Assembly (NCBI GenBank): GCA_964016885.1
Contig: OZ024751.1
Location: forward strand, 13,330,001 to 13,394,000
Direction: 5' to 3'
Length of the DNA stretch: 64,000 nucleotides
Origin: Eledone cirrhosa
Lineage: Eukaryota
Position 1 is the stretch's first letter. Each line of letters opens with the position of its first letter. The position numbers were made by a program, and so were the translations under genes. The notes under the pieces are model-generated. The model did no database searches and was not told the DNA's origin. It saw nothing but the letters and a program-made list of their open reading frames with translations. Of the stretch, positions 17,163-30,281 are shown piece by piece.

Positions 17163-17203
<41 letters not shown>

Positions 17204-17472
17204 GTATGTATGTGTCTGTGCGTGTGTGTATATATATACATGGCCCTATTGTTGTTGTTATTGTTGTTGTAGTTTTTATTGTTGTTGTTGTAGTTTTTAT
17301 TGTTGTTGTTGGTGGTGTTGTTATTTGCTTCACATTGGTTGTTTCTGTTTTGTTGCTGCTGCCTCTGTTGCTAGTGATGATGGTGATGATGTTGATAGTA
17401 ATGATAATGATGATGTTGATAGTAATGATAATGATGATGATGATGATATATATATGTATGTTGTATTTGTGC

Positions 17473-17504
<32 letters not shown>

Positions 17505-17548
17505 ATTCACACGTGTGCGCGCGCGCGTATTTTTGTGTGGGCGTGTGT

Positions 17549-17620
<72 letters not shown>

Positions 17621-17712
17621 ATGCACGCATATATACACACACACATATATATATATATATGTAAACATATATGTTTACATATATATATATGTGTGTGTGT
17701 ATGCGTGCATGT

Positions 17713-17779
<67 letters not shown>

Positions 17780-17934
17780 CACGCACACACAGTCAGACGT
17801 TTGACTCTTAGTACAAATCACCTTTTGTAATGTGGTGTCGGCCATATTCTACAACAGTAAAATGACCGAATGATGAAGTAGGAAACCTCTTTACTTTATG
17901 ACCCGGATGTATTTCATATAAAATTACTCCATGG

Positions 17935-18954
17935 CCCTGTTGTTGTTGTTGTTGTTGTAGTTTTTATTGTTGTTGTTGGTGTAGTTGTAGTTTTTATTGT
18001 TGTTGTTGTTGTTGTAGTTTTTATTGTTGTTGTTGTTGTAGTGTTTATTGTTGTTGTTGTTGTAGTTTTTATTGTTGTTGGTGTTGTTGTTGTAGTTTTT
18101 ATTGTTGTTGTTGTTGTTGTTGTAGTTTTTATTGTTGTTGTTGGTGTAGTTGTAGTTTTTATTGTTGTTGTTGTTGTTGTAGTTTTTATTGTTGTTGTTG
18201 TTGTAGTGTTTATTGTTGTTGTTGTTGTAGTTTTTATTGTTGTTGGTGTTGTTGTTGTAGTTTTTATTGTTGTTGTTGTTGTTGTTGTAGTTTTTATTGT
18301 TGTTGTTGGTGTAGTTGTAGTTTTTATTGTTGTTGTTGTTGTTGTAGTTTTTATTGTTGTTGTTGTTGTAGTGTTTATTGTTGTTGTTGTTGTAGTTTTT
18401 ATTGTTGTTGGTGTTGTTGTTGTAGTTTTTATTGTTGTTGTTATTTGCTTCACATTGGTTGTTTCTGTTTTGTTGCTGCTGCCTCTGTTGCTAGTGATGA
18501 TGGTGATGATGTTGATAGTAACGATAATGATGATGATGATGATGATGGTGGTGAAAGTAAGGATGATGATGATGATCATGATAATGATGATAACGTTAAG
18601 GATGATGATGATGATTTTTTGAGGGTTGTGATGGTGACGATGATGATGATGATGATGATGAAGGTGACGATGATGGTGATGGTGGTGATGGTAAAGATGA
18701 TGATGGTTGTGATGATGATGATGATTGTAATGATGATGATGATGATGATGGTGATGATAATGATAACGATGATGGTGATGGTGATGGTGATGATAATGAT
18801 GACGATGATGATGGTGGTGATGATAACGATGACGATGATGATGATGGTGGTGATGATAATGATAACGATGATGGTGATGGTGATGATGACGGTGATGGTG
18901 ATGATGATGGTGATGATGATAACGATGATGATGTTGATGGTGATGATGGTGGTG

Positions 18955-18985
<31 letters not shown>

Positions 18986-19070
18986 CAATGCTGATGATGA
19001 TGGTGATGGTGATGATGATGGTGATGATGATGATAACGATGATGATGTTGATGGTGATGGTGATGATACA
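17935..19070. repeat. (GTT)n-based higher-order repeat followed by (GAT/GGT)n
   Basis: Direct. Confidence 0.9.
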
Positions 19071-19334
19071 ATTAGATTTCCGCCAACCTTGCTCACATTT
19101 TTAGAAAATATTTGCAAATCATTTTTCACAGGTTTCAATAATTATATAGCGGGTATGCTTGGGCACCTCCTTGATTTAATCGATCATATCGACCACAGTA
19201 GTTATCTTTTTAAGTTTGCTACTTATTTTCTCGATATTTCTTGTCGAACCGCTACGTTACAAGCACATAAGCACAGGTACACTCATACACACACAAACAA
19301 CCACACGCACACGCACACGTGTGTAGAGGGAGGA

Positions 19335-19381
<47 letters not shown>

Positions 19382-19450
19382 GAGAGAGCGAGATAGAGAG
19401 AGACAGACAAACAGACAGAGAGAGAGAGAGAGAGGGAGAGTCTGCGGTGG

Positions 19451-19528
19451 ATGTAAAATCCCGACCACGGCGCCAAGCGATTTCGGCTTGTGTTGAAACC
19501 GCTTGGCGCCGCAGTCAGGATGTTACAT
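19451..19528. repeat. GC-rich hairpin, probable HHR 3'-half fold-back
   Basis: atgtaaaatcccgaccacggcgccaagcgatttc / gaaaccgcttggcgccgcagtcaggatgttacat. Confidence 0.65.
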
Positions 19529-19565
19529 ATCTACATGTCTATCTGTCTCTGTATATATAATATAT

Positions 19566-19639
<74 letters not shown>

Positions 19640-19649
19640 TATAAACACA

Positions 19650-19750
19650 TAGGGTGTCCCACAAAAATGTATACATACTTTGATTATCTGTACAGGCAAT
19701 ATTTATTTGAATGTTGTTGAAGTGTGTACACATTTTTGGGAGACACCATG
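19650..19750. mobile_element. Tc1/mariner-type MITE, copy 2
   Basis: TIRs homologous to 7407-7481, opposite orientation. Confidence 0.75.
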
Positions 19751-19760
19751 GATATATATA

Positions 19761-19817
<57 letters not shown>

Positions 19818-19820
<3 letters not shown>

Positions 19821-20429
19821 CACAGAAGTATCCACGGTAAGTTGTGGGGTCTATCTAGTCTGCATGAAGAACTCAATGTAATCCATATGTTGAAAATGTT
19901 GTAGGTTAAAATAAATCCCGGAAAACAATAAAACATCAAAAGGAAAACAGAGTCATGATATAAGTTAAAACAATGAAATAAAAATTCAAGTCATTAGAAA
20001 TATACTTCACTGCTTTACGATCGTTTCTAGGTGATAATAATACATCGTACGCATATTTCGTTATCGATCTATGTAGGGTTATTTACAAAATATCAAATAA
20101 GGAATATATTTACCTACATGTATATCATCAGCCGTTGTCAAAAGCAATGAAAATTTATTAAAAATCAATAGTAAATTGAATTCTAGGACCTTATTTGGAG
20201 GTAGCTGAAGAGCAAACCAATTATTGATTTTGAATAAATTTTCATTGCTTTTGACAACGGCTGATGATATACATGTAGGTAAATATATTCCTTATTTGAT
20301 ATTTTGTAAATAACCCTACATAGATCGATAACGAAATATGCGTACGATGTATTATCATCACTTAGAAACGATCGTAAAGCAGTGAAGTATATTTCTAATG
20401 ACTTGAATTTTTATTTCATTGTTTTAACT

Positions 20430-20434
<5 letters not shown>
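19818..20434. mobile_element. HHR fold-back element family F (arms 19958-20170 and 20222-20434)
   Basis: About 213-bp near-identical inverted arms; CTGATGA 20261, long stem II (atgtagg/cctacat), GAAA 20333 tatgcg TA; stem I weak; (TA)n on both sides. Confidence 0.8.
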
Positions 20435-20477
<43 letters not shown>

Positions 20478-20880
20478 GAAGGGATCCTGAACTTTCTTCC
20501 AACCAATTTCCATCTGCAACCAGGAAGCTAAGCCTATATATATATATATATAAAAATTTCAGAAACAACAACAGTTTCGTCCCCTCCCCTCCTGCATGGT
20601 CTTCTGTGTGACCAGTTTTAAAGGAAACCAATTATAAGATTAAAAGATTGTATAGCGAGTAAGTTATACAACTATGATAGCGAAAGCAGCGGGTGGCACC
20701 CTTCCTGCTTATAATATAAACAATATCAAAAAAGAAGAAAAACAAGGAAAAAGGAAGGTGGGGAACCACTAGGGTAGATGTGAAGAGTTTTAGATGGGGA
20801 GATTGGGAGGGGTGGGGATACACATATATATATATATATAAAACAAAACACAAACAAGAAGAAGAAGAAGAAGAAGAAGG

Positions 20881-21049
20881 GTTTCTGATTTTAGGTACAA
20901 GGCCATTCAATTTGGGGAAGTGGGAAGTCAATTAAATCGACTCCAGTACATTACTGGTACTTTATTTTATCGACCCCGTAAGGATGAAAGGCAAAGTTAA
21001 CCTCGATGGGATTTGAACTCAGAATGTAAAGAGCCATAACTCTATGCTG
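20881..21049 (-). mobile_element. S1-related SINE
   Basis: Central domain and B box. Confidence 0.85.
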
Positions 21050-21119
21050 AAAATAATAATAATAATAATTCGGTGAGTGGGGCAGGCGAAGTGGGGGGTA
21101 GACATTTACACTAGAAGAG

Positions 21120-22200
21120 CGTGTGTGGAGGTGTTGTGTGGTGTGGTGTAGTGTAGTGTAGTATAGTGTGATGTGGTGTAGTGTAATATGGTGTGGTGTA
21201 GTGTAGTATGGTGTGGTGTAGTGTAGTGTAGTGTGGTGTGGTGTGGTGTAGTGTAGTGTAGTGTGGTATAGTGTAGTGTGGTGTGGTGTAGTGTAGTGTG
21301 GTGTAGTGTGGTGTGGTGTAGTGTGGTGTAGTGTAGTGTGGTGTAGTGTAGTGTAGTGTGGTGTAGTGTAGTGTGGTGTAGTGTAGTATGGTGCGGTGTG
21401 GTGTCGTGTAGTGTAGTGTAGTATGGTGTAGTGTAGTGTAGTATGGTGTGGTGTAGTGTAGTATAGTGTGGTGTAGTGTAGTATAGTGTAGTGTGGTGTA
21501 GTGTAGTGTGGTGTGGTGTAGTGTAGTATGGTGTGGTATGGTGTAGTGTGGTGTAGTGTAGTATGGTGTGGTGTAGTGTAGTATGGTGTGGTGTAGTGTA
21601 GTATGGTGTAGTGTAGTATAGTGTGGTGTAGTATAGTGTGGTGTAGTATAGTGTGGTGTAGTGTAGTGTGGTATGGTGTAGTGTAGTATGGTGTTGTGTG
21701 GTGTGGCGTAGTATGGTGTAGTGTAGTATAGTGTGGTGTGGTGTGGTGTAGTGTGGTGTAGCGTAGTATGGTGTGGTGTGGTGTGGTGTAGTATGGTGTG
21801 GTGTGGTGTAGCGTAGTATGGTGTGGTGTGGTTAGTGTAGTATGGTGTGGTGTGGTGTTGTGTAGTGTAGTATGGTGTGGTGTAGTGTAGTATGGTGTAG
21901 TATGGTGTGGTGTGGTGTAGTATGGTGTGGTGTGGTGTAGTGTAGCATAGTGTGGTGTAGTGTAGTATAGTGTGGTGTGGTGTAGTGTAGTGTAGTATGG
22001 TGTAGTGTAGTATAGTGTGGTGTGGTGTAGTATAGTGTGGCGTGGTGTAGTATAGTGTGGTGTGGTGTAGTGTAGTATGGTGTAGTGTAGTATAGTGTGG
22101 TGTGGTGTAGTGTAGTATAGTGCGGTGTGGTGTGGTGTAGTATAGTGAAGTATGGTGTAGTGTGAGGTGAGGTGTAGTGTGGTATGGTGTCATATAGTGT
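21120..22200. repeat. Pentamer satellite (GTGTA/GTGTG/GTATG)n
   Basis: Direct. Confidence 0.95.
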
Positions 22201-23219
22201 GGTTGGATGGTATGTTATTGAAGAAGATGATGAGGTCAGAGGTGAAGAACTCTCCAGTATTTTGGTAACCCTTTGACAGAACTGATTAGTGGAGCAATGG
22301 TGGAGGGAAGAGGGAGGGATGGGGAGTGATGTAGGGTGGTGAGTGGTGGAGGACGGGGTTGGGGGGCTGGGGTAGAGGTGGTAGTGGTCGGGTGTTGGGT
22401 AGCAGAGAACGAATTCTGGAAGACTTGAAAATAGAGATATCTACACGGATGATTGTACTGATATGGTAGCGGCGGTGGTGGTGGTGGCGGTGGTGGTGGC
22501 GGTGGTGGTGGTGGCGGTGGTGGCGGTGGCAGTGCTTATGTGGCAGCAGTGTGGTGTACGGTGTGTGTGTGGGGGAGGAGCAATGTTATGAAGTGTAGTG
22601 GTAGAGTGGTGGTGGCGGCGATGGTGGTGGCGGTAGTGTGGTGTACGTTGGGTGTGTGATGATGTTATGTAGTGTAGTGTAGTGATAGTGGTGGTGGTGG
22701 TGGTGGTGGTGGTGGTGGTGGTGCTTATGTGGCGGCAGTGTGGTGTACGTTGGGGGTGTGATGATGTTATGTAGTGTAGTGAGGGGTGTGAGTGGAGGGG
22801 GTGAGTGGAGGGGGTGAGTGAGTGGAGGGGTGTGTGAGTGGAGGGGGATGTGAGTGGAGGTGAAATGTTGAGAATATAGAGGAAGGTGGAGATAAAGAAA
22901 TATGGGTAGGTGTACGTGTGTTATGTGGTGTAGTGGTGGTTGTTGTTCAGGTGGTAGTGTTAGTGATGGCGTCCCGAGTGGTGGAGGGGCTAAGGTTGTA
23001 TATGTGATAGTGGTGGAGGGTAGCAGCTTCTTTTAATAAAGATATCACTGTCATTCAGATGGTGGTGGGGGAGGCGATGATTGTCGAGAGAGGTGGTGGG
23101 AGTTGGTGGTTGTTGTGTTGGTGGTGATGGGGAAGATGGCTCTGAGAATGGTCTGGGTGGTGGAGGAGGTGGTGGAAAAACAACAAGGACAATATATGTA
23201 AAATAGCAACCAACTCCCA

Positions 23220-24510
23220 ACATCACCGCCACCGTCTCTCACCTCCACAACCATCACCACCACCACCTCTCACCTCCACAACCATCACCACCACCACCAT
23301 CTCTCACCTCCACAACCATCACCGCCACCATCTCTCCCACCATCTCTTACCTCCACCACCATCACCGCCACCATCTCTCCCACCATCCCTCACCTCCACA
23401 ACCATCACCATCACCATCTCTCAGCACCACAACCATCACCACCACAAACATCACTACCACCATCTCTCAGCACCAAATACATCACCACCACCATCTCTCA
23501 CCACCACAAACATCACCACCACCATCTCTCACCTCCACAACCATCACCATCTCTCACCACCACAACCATCACCACCACCATCTCTCACCACCACAACCTT
23601 CACCGCCACCATAACCATCACCACCACCATCTCTCACCTCCACAACCATCACCGCCACCATCTCTCACCTCCACAACCATCACCGCCACCATCTCTCACC
23701 TCCACAACCATCACCATCTCTCACCACCACAACCATCACCACCACCATCTCTCACCACCGCAACCATCACCGCCACCATCTCTCACCGCCACAACCATCA
23801 CCACCACCATCTCTCACCACCACAACCATCACCGCCACCATTTCTCACCTCCACAACCATCACCACCACCATCTCTCACCACCACAACCTTCACCGCCAC
23901 CATCTCTCACCGCCACAACCATCACCACCACCATCTCTCACCTCCACAACCATCACCACCACCATCTCTCACCACCACCACCATCACCATCTCTCACCAC
24001 CACAACCATCACCACCACCACCACCACCATCTCTCACCTCCACAACGATCACCACCACCATCTCTCACCTCCACAACGATCACCACCACCATCTCTCACC
24101 ACCACAACCATCACCACCACCATCTCTCACCTCCACAACGATCACCACCACCATCTCTCACCGCCACCATCTCTCACCTCCACAACCATCACCACCACCA
24201 TCTCTCACCACCACCACCATCACCATCTCTCACCACCACAACCATCACCACCACCACCACCACCACCACCATCTCTCACCTCCACAACGATCACCACCAC
24301 CATCTCTCACCTCCACAACCATCACCACCACCATCTCTCACCTCCACAACCATCACCGCCACCATCTCTCACCTCCACAACCATCACCGCCACCATCTCT
24401 CACCTCCACAACCATCACCGCCACCATCTCTCACCTCCACAACCATCACCGCCACCATCTCTCACCACCACAACCATCACCGCCACCATCTCTCACCTCC
24501 ACAACCATCA
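23220..24510. repeat. about 30-bp minisatellite (caccaccatctctcacctccacaaccatcac)
   Basis: Direct. Confidence 0.95.
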
Positions 24511-24566
24511 ACAACAACAACAACCAAGTTAACAACAACTATAATAACAATAGTAACAACAACAAT

Positions 24567-24956
24567 ATTGGTTGTCCATCGTAAACGATGATGACATCTT
24601 CTTCATTGTTGTTGCCGTGGGCACGAAGGTGGCTGTGGAGGCCGATCCTAGACTTGCAGGTCCGGGGACAGTGGGGGCAGGGGAAGAGACCGGAGTCGTT
24701 TGGGGCAGCTGCTGGTGCCTTTCTCTTCCTTTTACGGGCCCCAGTGACCTCTGCCAGTCTCTTCTTTTCAAAAGAGTCCTTGGCGCGTCTGGTAAGGGCT
24801 CACCACTCAGTCCTGTCCTGAGCACGGGACTCGAGTTGTTTTGGGGGCGATTCCAGTGTTGTTGATACTGGACTCCACACAGTCTTTGAACCTCTTGAGA
24901 GGCCTGCCCTGCTTTCGTTTCCCCGAACAGTGTTCCCAACCCGGATGACATGTCCA
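24567..24956 (-). mobile_element. RTE-clade LINE 3' end with C-terminal C2H2 zinc finger
   Basis: Minus frame ARKRKRKAPAAAPNDSGLFPCPHCPRTCKSRIGLHSHLRAH; upstream GRPLKRFKDC; triplet-repeat tail; frameshifts. Confidence 0.85.
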
Positions 24957-25089
24957 TCTATATAGATTCTTCACATTTCAAAGACACTGCTAGAAATAAC
25001 AACCACAACGCCCTCATCTCACACCCTACCATCTTAAAATGTAGAAGATAAGCAGAGAGAAAGTGTGTAAGAGAGAAAGAGAAGTGGTA

Positions 25090-25140
<51 letters not shown>

Positions 25141-25390
25141 TGTATATATATATATATATATACATATGAATGTATATATAGTGTATTTTGCAATACACTG
25201 CATGCTTAATTAAAAGCATTTCGAAGACCTTACGCTATTGTTTTAGAGTAGTGACAGTCTCACTTACTTTAAATTTTCACCAAACAGGGGAGATAAAGTT
25301 GACAGAAACCTGTTTCGTACTTTTTGGTACTTATCAAAGCTAAGTACTATATATATATTCGGATTTTAGTCTTCATATTTATTATTATTA

Positions 25391-25508
25391 TTCTGAGTTC
25401 AAATCCCGCCGGGGTTAACTTTGCCTTTCATCCTTATGGGGTTGATAAAATAAAGTACCAGTAATACACTGGGTAATTGCTGGCCTTGTGCCAAAAGTAG
25501 AAACAATT
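25391..25508 (+). mobile_element. S1 SINE, 5'-truncated
   Basis: From B box to 3' end. Confidence 0.85.
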
Positions 25509-25520
25509 ATTATATATATA

Positions 25521-25711
25521 TGGCGGTGGATTGGCAGTATCAGTAGAGGGTCGGAGGCCATGCTTTGCAGCAAAGAGTTACGGCCCTTTATGATCTGAGT
25601 TCAAATCCCGCCGAGGTTAACTTTGCATTTCATCCTTACGGGGTCGATAAAATAATGTACCAGTAATACACTGAGATTATTGCTGGACTTGTGCCAAAAG
25701 TAGAAACAATT
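25521..25711 (+). mobile_element. S1 SINE, full length
   Basis: ggcggtggattggcagtatcag head, B box, central domain, 3' end. Confidence 0.9.
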
Positions 25712-25829
25712 ATTATATATATATATAGTAATAATAAATGTGAAGACTAAAATCCGAATATATATATACAGCTTATTTTAAAAATAAAAATATCCAATAC
25801 TAATAATAATATAATTAAAGCTACAACTC

Positions 25830-26100
25830 CCCTATCCGGGAGCTTCCAACAGTAATGGTTGCATTTTTTAAGGGTATGTCAATATTCATTTATAAAACTG
25901 ATCTATATTATATTTTATCTGATGAAAGCACACCATAATTTAACTTGCTGTCCTTGAAATATGTATAATGAAATAAATATTGTTTTATAAATATAGTTTC
26001 CATTTGTTAATATCGTTTTTACTCAAAATATTTGTTGAGTGCTTTATATCAGTTATAAAAATATTTGCTTGTTGTATCCTAACAATTTAAATAGAACTTT

Positions 26101-26103
<3 letters not shown>
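25830..26103 (+). mobile_element. HHR element family A, forward copy with complete 3' end
   Basis: CTGATGA 25919, GAAA 25956; ACTC 26021 ... gttGAGTgct 26034-26043; ends in (TA)n. Confidence 0.8.
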
Positions 26104-26139
<36 letters not shown>

Positions 26140-26423
26140 CGTCGGGGAAAACAGAAAATTAAATAAATAAATAACAACATAATTTAAAGGAAAGAAAGAA
26201 ATAGTGCCAAGAAAAGAAGGTGGAAGGTCAGAGTTGAAAGGTGAGAGGGTCCGTCAGAGGTTGTAACCCTTAAAAGTAAAAACATCTTCCTACCTCGAAC
26301 CCCACAAAAAATGACGAAGTCGGGTGGGGGAACAGAGAGGGAGAAGGGAAGCGAGAGAAAAAGAAAGAAAGAGATAGGAAGAAAGATAAATAGAGAAATA
26401 GAAGAGATAGAGAGAGAGAGAGA

Positions 26424-26473
<50 letters not shown>

Positions 26474-27014
26474 GAAGGGGAAGAACAACAACAATCACAA
26501 AAACAGATGGCGTGGGGTGGAGAGTTTTAGAATATATGGGGGTGGGCTTTAATTGTTGAGAGTAGAGAAGGAGAGGAGGCGGTGGTGGTGGCGGTGGTGG
26601 AAGGTGGAACGGGTGTAAATAGATTTGTAAGTACTTTTGATGGAACAGATAGATAGAGAAGGGAGAGGAGGGAAAGGAGGAGATGGTGGAAAAGCCGAAT
26701 TTCGTGCTGGAGGCGGATAAGAGGGGGTGGTTGGAAGTGGTGGTGGTGGTGGGATGGGAAGGGGTAATGTGGAAGAAAAGAAGAAAGGATTTAGAACGAT
26801 GGAAAAAAAAAAGGGTAGGTCGAGAAGTGAAGACGGAAATTTGTAGTAGTTGAACATTGTGATTTCCTGACAGATCAGCCAGTTCGGGAAATTAGTGTGC
26901 AAAATGATGAAACTTTCCACAGACACGTGCACACTTAACGTAGATCTCAGAGAGATTCGCCGTGACACTGTGAAAAACTTAGCCCTTTCAGTTACACAAA
27001 ACACTCATTTTTGT

Positions 27015-27495
27015 CAGTCGAGTGTATTGGCGCAACATGAAATAAAGTGTTTTGCTCATGGATGTAAAACGCCTTCGGAAATCGAAATCACGGCCTTACG
27101 ATTGTGAGCCGAATACCTTAACCGCAAAGTCACGTCCTTCCTGTCGTTATAGTGGAAACTAGGGCCTTACGAAAGTGAGCCGAATACCAGTAAGCCACGT
27201 CCCTCATACTTTCACTGTGAAAACTATGGCCTTATGATCTTGAGCCGAATACCCTAACCACGCAGTCACGTCCCTCGTGCCTTCATAATGGAAAGTGCAG
27301 CCTTACGATCTTGAGCCGAATACGCTAACCCCAAAGCCATGTCCCAGGTTCCGTCAATGTGGAAACTATGACCTGAATACCTTAACCACAAAGTCATCTC
27401 CCTCATGCTTTCATATTGGAAACTAGGACCTTACGATCTTGAGCCGAATACCCTAACCACAAAGCCATGTCCATCGTCATGCCTTCCTTATGGAA
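27015..27495 (-). mobile_element. 5' part of a third tRNA-SINE (S3) with its head tandemly amplified about 6x
   Basis: gcaacatgaaataaagtgttttgctca body motif (also at 42418 and 58878), then six 57-75-bp units containing (gagcc)gaatac...aagccacgtcc. Confidence 0.7.
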
Positions 27496-27666
27496 AGAAG
27501 TTACAAACAGTCTCGCAGTCTGGGACTACCCTTGTAAATTCAAGACCGAATTTCCCTTTGAGAGTGTTCATGTCTTGGTCACCGTTAGTAGCCCATTTCT
27601 GATAGTTTGTTTCCTGAACATTTACTGTGGTTGGTATATCCTGGACGTTTCTGTTACCATCTACAA

Positions 27667-27853
27667 TATAGGTTCTCAAAGTGGACGCTACAGCCCCAGT
27701 GGGAGTTGAGAAGGTCCAGCGGACGCTAGGGCCAATGGGAATAGTGGGTGGAGGGGGGCGGTAGAGATGATATAATAGTATATCAAATGATGCATAGATA
27801 TAAATATAGTAAAATAAATATATTTATTTATATATACTATATTTTATACATAG

Positions 27854-27891
<38 letters not shown>

Positions 27892-28144
27892 CTTTGCTTT
27901 TCATCCCTACGGGGTCGATAAACTAAAGCACCAGTAATGCCCTGGGGTAATTGCTGGGCTTGTGCCAAAAGTAAAAACAATTATTTTATTTATATATAGA
28001 TTAACGATTCTATTTATTATATATAATTTACAATCTGCGCGTAGGTAGGTCTCTCTGGAGATAGGGTTGGGGGTGCTGAGGGTATTACGTGGCCGTGAGG
28101 AGGGGCGGGGGGGGGGGGGGGGCCAAAAGGTTTAAGAACCTCTG
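27667..28144. mobile_element. hAT/Charlie-like MITE containing (TA)n and an S1 SINE fragment (27890-27982)
   Basis: Ends tataggttctcaaag / ggtttaagaacctctg resemble CAGTGGTTCTCAA-type TIRs. Confidence 0.5.
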
Positions 28145-28351
28145 ATGTATAATATACCGAAAACCGAAGGCATCGGGTGTGTATCGGCGCCAAGAAGGGT
28201 TGGCTGATGACCTGTAATTGTTCCGTTGAAATTGTTTCGTCCCGACTCAAATTGATTTACAACATTATTTCACGCTACAGTTTTCCTCCTATATTTGCTT
28301 ATCTATGTATAAACAAAGAAATATATCTATCAAATAAAGAAATATGTATAT

Positions 28352-28731
28352 AATTGTTTCTGATTTAGACACAAGGCCAAGAATTGTAGGAGACGGGAAA
28401 GTCGAAAAAATCGAACCCAGTGTGTTACTGCTACTTTATTTTATCGACCCTATAAGGATGAAAGGCAAAGCTCACCCCAGCAGGATTTAAACTCAAATCG
28501 TAAAGGGGCGCAACTCTGTGCCATAAAGCATGTTGTCCGACGCTCTACCGATACTGCCATTCCACTGAGTGCACTAGCTAGTTATATTTGATGTTCTCTG
28601 AGGTTGCTGCTATATAAATAAAGAAATAAGTAAATGCTAAATCTAGACAGGCTAATTTGTTTGGCGATACTTTAAATCTGTTTGCTTGGAGTCAGATTTC
28701 TCCGTGGTAGTTTGGTTGCTGTAGGGTCGGA
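28352..28731 (-). mobile_element. S1-related SINE with 165-bp 5' extension
   Basis: Whole block is an inverted homologue of 43349-43728. Confidence 0.85.
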
Positions 28732-28761
28732 ATGTAAAGAGCCGTAACTACGCCTCGAAGC

Positions 28762-28946
28762 ATTTTGGGAGGAGGTAAAATTGATTAACTCGACCCCAGT
28801 GCATTAGTGGTAATTTAATTTATCGACCCTGTAAAAATGAAAGTCAAAGCTAACCTCAGCAGGATTTGAACTTATAATGCAAAGAGCCGTAACTCTATGC
28901 TATAAAGCATGTTGTTCGACGCTCTACCGATACTGCCAATCCACCG
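28762..28946 (-). mobile_element. S1-related SINE
   Basis: Head, B box and central domain. Confidence 0.8.
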
Positions 28947-29049
28947 ATGTATTGGCAAAAAAACAATAACCACCACATCGCCCCACTCCCACTATTAACA
29001 CGACCGCCCGCCCCCCAAGCAACATCATTAATGATATATACAATAAATT

Positions 29050-29705
29050 CCCCCAACACCAACCCCAACAACAACAACAACACTAACACCAACAACACCA
29101 CCAACAACACTAACACTAACAACACTAACACCGACAGCACCAAAAACAACAACAACACCAACAACAACACCACTAACAACAACACCAACAACACCAACAC
29201 CAACACCAACAACAACACCACCAACACCAACACCACCAACACCAACAACACCACCAACACCAACAACACCACCAACACCAACACCAACAACACCACCAAC
29301 AACAACACCAACAACACCAACACCAACAACACCAACACCAACAACACCAACAACAACACCAACAACACCAGCAACACCGACAACACCAACAACAACATCA
29401 ACATCATCACCATAATCAGCAGCAGCAACATTGTGAACAACATTATTATCATCATCATCATCAACATCATCATTAATAATATCACCATCATCATGACCAA
29501 CACTACCATCATCACCATCTACAACATCATCTTCAACACCATCCTCATCATCACCAACACTAATATCACCATCATCATCATCACCAACATCACCATCTTC
29601 AACACCATCACCATCATCATCATCATAACACTAATATCACCATCATCATCACCATCACCAACACTAATATCACCATCATCACCACCATCACCATCATCAT
29701 CATCA
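29050..29705. repeat. (AAC/ACC)n then (CAT/CAC)n low-complexity tract
   Basis: Direct. Confidence 0.9.
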
Positions 29706-29967
29706 ACAATATATGCAGTGTTGTATAATATGAAGCAGAAATGACACAGAAACCTAGTTTTTGTCAATGGACTGACAGACCTCAGTGAAAATATCTCAGT
29801 AATCTACACCATTTCCCTACTTCAAACTCTATATACACTCCCTCCTTCTATATACACACCGTTTACAGCCTCACCCACCTCTGTCTCACACACACACACT
29901 GGCCAGCTTCTTCACACATACACACATGCATATAAATAAATATATATATGTATACATACACACACAC

Positions 29968-30026
<59 letters not shown>

Positions 30027-30029
<3 letters not shown>

Positions 30030-30239
30030 CGAAGGAAATGTGGTAAGGAACCAGATGGACCATAACGCACCAAAGTACTCAATACTTAGGGTAGTAGAGT
30101 GGGTAATAGGAATGAGTAGGACCCCGACGGCTGAGCTCAAGCCGTTTCGACGGCTGATTCTGGACTAAATGAACATTTTATTTAGTCCAGAATTAGCCGT
30201 CGAAACGGCTTGAGCTCAGCCGTCGGTGGCCTACTCGTT

Positions 30240-30244
<5 letters not shown>
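30027..30244. mobile_element. Family B fold-back element, copy 3
   Basis: Longest hairpin centre (ttctggactaaat..atttagtccagaa); same termini as copies 1 and 2. Confidence 0.85.

Positions 30245-30278
<34 letters not shown>

Positions 30279-30281
<3 letters not shown>

Noticed and set aside
27085-27495. CRISPR-like array or tRNA gene cluster
   Set aside because: Whole units are homologous with no unique spacers, no cas genes, eukaryotic context, and no complete cloverleaf.
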